A DNA stretch of 64,000 nt from a virus: IMG/VR virus record IMGVR_UViG_3300006921_000011, positions 5,882 through 69,881 of that record; one strand, 5' to 3'. Positions 58,761 through 64,000 of this stretch are shown piece by piece (within the stretch, counting starts at the first letter, position 1; the number at the start of each line of letters is the position of its first letter). The notes beneath the pieces are model-generated. The model worked only from the letters and a program-made list of their open reading frames with translations, did not search any database and had not been told where the DNA came from. Both the position numbers and the translations under genes were made by a program.

Positions 58761-59510
58761 ATGGGAAAAAGAAGTAAGAAATTAAGTAGAGAAGAAAAAC
58801 AAGAGGTAGAAGAATGGATTTACCAAAATAACACTATAGAAAAAAAGATTTCGGACACTATGACAGTAAATGTTAAGTGTAAAACAGAAAATCAAAAAGC
58901 TTTAGTAAACGCTATAAAAGAAAAAGAAGTTGTTATTTGTTCTGGTCCAGCAGGGTCAGGTAAAACATTTTTAGCTTGTGCTGAGGCATTAAAACTTATA
59001 AAAAGATACACAAAGTACAAAAAAATTGTAATTGTAAAATCTGTAACTACATTAAAAAACGAAGAAATCGGTTTTTTAAAAGGTGGTTTAAGAGAAAAAA
59101 TGGAACCTTTTATGTTTTCATTTGTACACAATTTTGAGAAGTTAGTGGGACAAACTATTACTTCTAGACTTAGAGAATTAAAAACCATAGAAGAATTACC
59201 TATCGCTTATATGAGAGGGATTAATTTAGATAGGTCTATTATTATTATTGATGAAGCTCAAAATATATCACAAGAAAATATAAGAACTATTATGACAAGA
59301 TTAGGTAAAGACTCAAAAATGATATTCTTAGGTGATGAAAGACAACAAGATTCTAAAGGTGGTAATGGTTTAACCTTTTTAATGGACCATTTTCAACATA
59401 TCGACGAAATTGGATGTATACAGTTTAATAAATCTGATGTAGTTAGAAACCCTTTAATTGCAAAAATAGAAAGAGTGTTCGATTCTTTACAAAAAACAAA
59501 AAAACTTTAA
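58761..59510 (+). CDS. phoH: PhoH-family ATPase
   Basis: GPAGSGKT, IGFLKG, AYMRG, DEAQN, TRLG, DVVRNPL. Confidence 0.93.
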   Translation: MGKRSKKLSREEKQEVEEWIYQNNTIEKKISDTMTVNVKCKTENQKALVNAIKEKEVVICSGPAGSGKTFLACAEALKLIKRYTKYKKIVIVKSVTTLKNEEIGFLKGGLREKMEPFMFSFVHNFEKLVGQTITSRLRELKTIEELPIAYMRGINLDRSIIIIDEAQNISQENIRTIMTRLGKDSKMIFLGDERQQDSKGGNGLTFLMDHFQHIDEIGCIQFNKSDVVRNPLIAKIERVFDSLQKTKKL

Positions 59511-59518
59511 CTTTAACT

Positions 59519-60103
59519 ATGAGAATTGGAATAACAGTAAATGGTGTATTACGTGATACTTTACAAAAAGTGATATCGGTGTATAATCGATATAATGAAA
59601 CTGAGTTGGATGTAGAAGAATTCGAAAGTTTAAATCTTTTAGATTATCTTAAATTTGAAACTGAGGAAGAATTGTTAGAGTGGATGTACGTTGAATGCCC
59701 TATGGAGATATTTGGTAATGGTCTCGCTTTAAAGGATAATATATTTAATACTCTTAATGGTTTTTATAAAGATTTTAGAGATGAACATGAAATTATTATA
59801 GTTTCGGAGGAAATCGAAAAGTCAAAATCAGCGACGTTATTCTTCTTAGCAAAATATGGTTGTTTAATAGACAATATTAAATTTTTTGGTTTAAATTCAT
59901 TTTATGATAATGTCTGGGAAGAAGTAGATATGTTGATAACGAATGATGCCAGACTCTTATTAAATAAACCGGAAAAAAAAGAAACTATAAAAATAGAGAA
60001 TAAATTTAACAAAGAAATTGATTCAGACTTTACAATAAGTGAATTGGAACAAATATTTGATTTAAACATATTTAAGAATGAGAAGGAAGAAATTACAGAA
60101 TGA
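59519..60103 (+). CDS. 5'(3')-deoxyribonucleotidase-like HAD-fold protein with degenerate catalytic motif
   Basis: MRIGITVNGVLRD where IGIDxDGVL is expected; overall layout is NT5C-like. Confidence 0.55.
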   Translation: MRIGITVNGVLRDTLQKVISVYNRYNETELDVEEFESLNLLDYLKFETEEELLEWMYVECPMEIFGNGLALKDNIFNTLNGFYKDFRDEHEIIIVSEEIEKSKSATLFFLAKYGCLIDNIKFFGLNSFYDNVWEEVDMLITNDARLLLNKPEKKETIKIENKFNKEIDSDFTISELEQIFDLNIFKNEKEEITE

Positions 60104-60395
60104 TTTAAGTAACTTACAATTAGATATTGTAGGAGTACCAATGTATGTGGATGTAGACGAATTTGTAAATCTAGTTACAACGGAGTCCTCAAAGGACGAA
60201 GAAGAAGATGGACAATTCCATATAAATGCACCCAAATATGAAATACTAAGACTCATGTTAGATGTTGTATTAAATGATAATGAAATAGTAGATGATAGTT
60301 TAGGTATTAGAGCTTTACGTAATTCTACAATTCCTTTTAAATTAACACTTAACACCCTAATAAACTATAACATAATAAAAGAAATTAAAAATTAA
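60078..60395 (+). CDS. Hypothetical protein
   Basis: ORF in operon; start uncertain (60078 or 60141). Confidence 0.6.
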   Translation: MRRKKLQNDLSNLQLDIVGVPMYVDVDEFVNLVTTESSKDEEEDGQFHINAPKYEILRLMLDVVLNDNEIVDDSLGIRALRNSTIPFKLTLNTLINYNIIKEIKN

Positions 60396-61471
60396 TGGAA
60401 AATCCAAAAGAACAAAATCCAAAAGAACAATTAGAAAAAGCTTTGACCTCTTTAAAAGCTAAAGAGAACAAATTTTATTTTTTGGTACAAGATACCAAAG
60501 GAGTACAGAGAGCATCTGTAGCTACAACCTATGAATTTGTTAAAATTTTAACAGAAAACGGGTATAACGCTTATATATTACATGAAAAAAATGACTACCA
60601 TGGAGTGGGTGAATGGTTAGGTGAAGAATATCCTTCATTACCACACGCGTCTATCGAATCACAGGAACTATCAGTAGGTCCTGCAGATTTTTTAATTATC
60701 CCAGAAGTTTTCGGTCACGTTTTAGACCAAACAAAAGAAATGCCATGTAGTAGAATAGTGTTCTGTCAGTCATATGATTACGTTTTTGAAATGTTACCTC
60801 CTGGATTTACATGGGGTATGATGAATGTAAGTAATGTAATAACTACTGGTGAAGCAACTACCCAATACTTAAACGGTATCTTCCCTAATTTAGAGACACA
60901 CCAAATAAAACTAGGAATACCAGAATTTTTCACTCCTAGTGACAAACCAAAAATGCCTGTAGTAACTATTCACACTAGAGAACCTAGAGAAACAATGAAA
61001 ATAGTTAAATCTTTTTATGTTAAGTTTCCACAATTTAAATGGATTACATTTAGAGATATGAGAGGTTTATCTAAAAATGAATTTGCTAAAGCTTTAAGTG
61101 AATCGTGTGTTAGTGTGTGGGTAGACGATATTAGTGGGTTTGGAACATTTCCATTAGAGTCTATGAAGTCTAAGACTCCAGTTATTGGTAAGATTCCACA
61201 CATGAAACCTGATTGGTTGACAGAAGATAATGGATTTTGGACGTTTGACCCTAATGGGATAATTGACATTTTATCAGCATATCTTAAAAATTGGTTGGAG
61301 GATGCTATACCAACTGAACTGTATGAGAAAATGGCAGAAACGGTTAAACCATATAATATGGAAAATCAAAAAAGAAAGGTTTTAGAAACTTTTGAAACCT
61401 ATCAAAATCAAAAATTAACACAGTTAGAAACACAACTGAATAAACTACAACCAGTAGAAGAAACAAAATAA
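60395..61471 (+). CDS. GT-B fold glycosyltransferase-like protein
   Basis: IIPE, FCQS, SGFGTFPLESMKSKTPVIG. Confidence 0.75.
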   Translation: MENPKEQNPKEQLEKALTSLKAKENKFYFLVQDTKGVQRASVATTYEFVKILTENGYNAYILHEKNDYHGVGEWLGEEYPSLPHASIESQELSVGPADFLIIPEVFGHVLDQTKEMPCSRIVFCQSYDYVFEMLPPGFTWGMMNVSNVITTGEATTQYLNGIFPNLETHQIKLGIPEFFTPSDKPKMPVVTIHTREPRETMKIVKSFYVKFPQFKWITFRDMRGLSKNEFAKALSESCVSVWVDDISGFGTFPLESMKSKTPVIGKIPHMKPDWLTEDNGFWTFDPNGIIDILSAYLKNWLEDAIPTELYEKMAETVKPYNMENQKRKVLETFETYQNQKLTQLETQLNKLQPVEETK

Positions 61472-61479
61472 ATATAAAA

Positions 61480-62280
61480 ATGAAAGATATTACAGTTATA
61501 ATTCCAATTAATGACATCGCTCAAGCTAATTTTTCCAATTTGTTTGATACCGCAATAAAGAGTTTAAATACCCAAACAACAAAACCAGATAAAGTGATGA
61601 TTGTTCATTGTGAATGTCCAGGTGTTGGTCAATGGTTAGATAATTATGATTTTGGTGAATTAGATACCACAATCATTAAGAATACTGGAGATACTGACTT
61701 TTGTAGTCAAGTAAACTTTGCAGTTGAAAAGGTGGAGACAGAATGGTTCTCTATTCTAGAATTTGATGACGAATATTCTAATATTTGGTTTAAAAACGCT
61801 AAAGAATATATGGAAGCCTATAGTGAGGTTGGTGTATTACTTCCTCTAGTATTAGATGTGGATATTGAAGGTAACTTCATTAATTTCACTAATGAAGCGT
61901 GTTGGGCTATGAACTTCACTGAGAAGTTAGGTTATTTAGATAACGGAGCTTTATTAAACTACCAAAACTTCCAAACGAGTGGAGCTTTATTTAGAAAAGA
62001 AGATTTCATTAATATCGGAGGATTAAAACCTGGTATAAAATTAACATTCGTTTATGAGTTATTGTTAAGAGCTACTTATAATGATGTGAAAATAATGACC
62101 GTACCTAAAGTAGGGTATAAACATACAAATATGAGAGCTGGTTCGTTATTCTGGGAATACAAAAATAACGAAAGAGTTCAGATTGGTTCTGATGAAGCTA
62201 AATTCTGGATTGATACAGCTAAAAAAGAATATTTCTTTAAAGATGATAGAAATATAAAGTATGAAGAAAGTGTAAATTAG
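61480..62280 (+). CDS. GT2-like glycosyltransferase
   Basis: ITVIIPI, WFSILEFDDEY, FINIGGLK, GYKH. Confidence 0.75.
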   Translation: MKDITVIIPINDIAQANFSNLFDTAIKSLNTQTTKPDKVMIVHCECPGVGQWLDNYDFGELDTTIIKNTGDTDFCSQVNFAVEKVETEWFSILEFDDEYSNIWFKNAKEYMEAYSEVGVLLPLVLDVDIEGNFINFTNEACWAMNFTEKLGYLDNGALLNYQNFQTSGALFRKEDFINIGGLKPGIKLTFVYELLLRATYNDVKIMTVPKVGYKHTNMRAGSLFWEYKNNERVQIGSDEAKFWIDTAKKEYFFKDDRNIKYEESVN

Positions 62281-62286
62281 GATATC

Positions 62287-62985
62287 GTGCCTAGAAAACC
62301 AAAACAAAAGATGTATTTCGGAGAACCTCAAGAAGCAGCGGTCAGAATGTTTTTGACCGCTACTACTTTTACTGAGAGGAATGAAGTATATAGAAAATTT
62401 TTATATCTTCCTCTAAATAAAATGATTGAGAGTATTATACGAAGATATAAATTATATAGAAAAGGTTTAGTTTTTGAGGATATTCATGCGGATACACTAT
62501 CGTTCCTTATCACTAAAGCGGATAAGTTTAAACCGGCTAAAGGAAAAAAAGCTTATTCTTACTTTGGTACCATATGTAAAAATTATCTGATGGGTCAAAT
62601 TATAAAGGACCAGAAAGAACAGAATAGGTCTATTTCATATGAAGACATTTCTAGTAGTATGGAGAATGATGAAAAATACGCTTATGTGGACCATGAAGAA
62701 TCCGTTGCAACAACTGAAATAATTAAAAAATTAATAGACGAAATAGAGTCTTTTATGTTGATTACACCACTAAATGAAAATGAAACAAAGGTGGGGTTTG
62801 CTTTAATAGATATTTTTAGTAATTATGAACAAGTTTTTGTACACGGTAAAAGTAATAAATTTAATAAAAACCTTGTACTACTTTCACTTAGAGAGATGAC
62901 CAACCTAACCACGAAAGAAATTAGAGCGGCTTTAAAAAAGTATAGAAACATATATTCAGTACTGGCAGGTAAAATGCGTAATTAA
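62287..62985 (+). CDS. Phage late-transcription sigma factor (gp55-like)
   Basis: Region-2-like KFKPAKGKKAYSYFGTICKNYL; YF..QE start; GTG start codon. Confidence 0.7.
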   Translation: MPRKPKQKMYFGEPQEAAVRMFLTATTFTERNEVYRKFLYLPLNKMIESIIRRYKLYRKGLVFEDIHADTLSFLITKADKFKPAKGKKAYSYFGTICKNYLMGQIIKDQKEQNRSISYEDISSSMENDEKYAYVDHEESVATTEIIKKLIDEIESFMLITPLNENETKVGFALIDIFSNYEQVFVHGKSNKFNKNLVLLSLREMTNLTTKEIRAALKKYRNIYSVLAGKMRN

Positions 62986-62998
62986 ATCTGTCTCAAGG

Positions 62999-63005
62999 TA
63001 TTTAT
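62999..63005 (+). promoter_or_regulatory. Putative late promoter motif TATTTAT
   Basis: In the gap after the sigma gene, upstream of 63035. Confidence 0.5.
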
Positions 63006-63034
63006 GGCAATAAACAATATAAAACTTTTTTATC

Positions 63035-63406
63035 ATGCCTAGACCAAAGAAAAAACAAATAACATTCGAGAAAGAAAGTGTTCTTGCATTAATGCAGGAG
63101 ATTTATAATGAATCTGTAGAACAGAGGAACACAGCTATAAGAATACAAAATAAAATGTTAACTTTTATGCAAGGTCCTGATGACCTACAATTGTTAGGTC
63201 CTGTCATAAAAGAACAACAAAAAATAATTGATTCTGCTATAGAAAAGAAAATCCAATTATCTAAATTACAAAGTACTTTATTAAGTAAGAGTTTTACAAC
63301 TAATGAAGGTTCCGCATCATTAAGTCTTGACGATAAAGAAGCGTTAAACGCATTACTCCAAGAAAAAGGAGATGGAGACTCTACCACCAATCAATATGAA
63401 ATATAA
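63035..63406 (+). CDS. Coiled-coil hypothetical protein
   Basis: Helical ORF after late motif; small-terminase-like size but unproven. Confidence 0.6.
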   Translation: MPRPKKKQITFEKESVLALMQEIYNESVEQRNTAIRIQNKMLTFMQGPDDLQLLGPVIKEQQKIIDSAIEKKIQLSKLQSTLLSKSFTTNEGSASLSLDDKEALNALLQEKGDGDSTTNQYEI

Positions 63407-63999
63407 TGGCTGAAGATTCACAAGAAGGCAAAAAGAAAATATTTCAAAGAATAGAGACTCTCGGGAATGTGGGTAAAGCTATTGATTCTAGTAAGGAACA
63501 AATAGAATTACAAAACATGATGGGGTCCTATGATTCTATTAATAAGAAATCTAATAATATGTTAGAATATTTTTTAGATTTAATTCAACTCACTGGAGGA
63601 CAAGATGCGGTAAAAAGAGCAAAGAAAAAAGTTGTAAATAAAGTAACTACCGAATTTAGAGATGGAGTAAAAGATATCCTGTTTGAAGAATTTATAAGAT
63701 TTACAAATTGTGATTTAGGTTTTGTAATTCCGTCCAATGATGGAGTTGCTGGTGCGAATGTAAACCAAATAAAAGTGGACGTTAAAACAATAGACCCGTT
63801 CGGGATGTTGAAAGTGGACCCAAATACTAAAGTTGGTAGTTTTATGTATGAGGGTGAACCTTTAGCTCCTGGTTTTCCTTACGCTACTAATAAAGAATTA
63901 AATGCGAGACTTGCCAATCCTTTTGCTCCATTAACGTCTTACATGGGTGCAAGTGCTAGTTCATTATTTGATATAGAATATGATAACGTCGATTCTTTT
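63406..63999 (+). CDS. Hypothetical protein, truncated by window end
   Basis: ATG overlapping previous stop (TAATG): MAEDSQEGKKKIFQRIETLG...IDPFGMLKVDP..., open to the edge. Confidence 0.7.
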   Translation, partial: MAEDSQEGKKKIFQRIETLGNVGKAIDSSKEQIELQNMMGSYDSINKKSNNMLEYFLDLIQLTGGQDAVKRAKKKVVNKVTTEFRDGVKDILFEEFIRFTNCDLGFVIPSNDGVAGANVNQIKVDVKTIDPFGMLKVDPNTKVGSFMYEGEPLAPGFPYATNKELNARLANPFAPLTSYMGASASSLFDIEYDNVDSF

Positions 64000-64000
64000 A

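Noticed and set aside
60400-60430. 15 bp tandem duplication (NPKEQ twice)
   Set aside because: Only two in-frame copies; trivial slippage, not a CRISPR or repeat array
40989-62280. Interpretation as a host LPS/capsule locus or prophage boundary
   Set aside because: Continuous with phage genes on both sides, interspersed with dut, exonuclease and phoH; no wzx/wzy/ABC export, integrase or att site seen
1-64000. Stop-codon reassignment, tRNAs, CRISPR arrays, diversity-generating retroelement
   Set aside because: Genes are full length in the standard code and TAG, TAA and TGA all appear as stops; intergenic gaps are short with no cloverleaf or repeat-spacer pattern; no reverse transcriptase seen

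Overview
AT-rich (roughly 30-35% GC), gene-dense, standard-code segment of a large contractile-tailed (myovirus/jumbo-type) bacteriophage. The host is very probably Bacteroidetes/Flavobacteria: there are two TTTG-N19/20-TAnnTTTG promoters, a Flavobacterium-like DeoC, a DUF4494-like gene and no Shine-Dalgarno sites. Positions 1-38.3 kb hold tail, neck and baseplate genes (hub-like giant, LysM protein, tube-initiator with an OmpA-like insert, tape measure, gp26/gp51-like chaperone pair with a likely frameshift, tube, sheath, gp15/gp14/gp13-like), interleaved with a SNF2 helicase and a family B DNA polymerase. Positions 41-62 kb hold a ~20 kb glycan synthesis/modification cluster, followed by a gp55-like late sigma factor. 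Two hypotheses stand out. (1) Unrelated enzymes (DeoC, nucleotide N-glycosidase-like, HAD phosphatase, SOD, P-loop kinase, WYL) share a short added amphipathic tag ending in [IL]-x-E and follow a TATTTAT late motif, suggesting a capsid-packaged, protease-matured enzyme payload. (2) An [S/T]-[G/A]-x-T motif is strongly repeated in outer virion proteins but rare in the enzymes, a candidate sequon for the phage's own glycosylation cluster. All functional calls come from motif recognition by eye; no searches were run.
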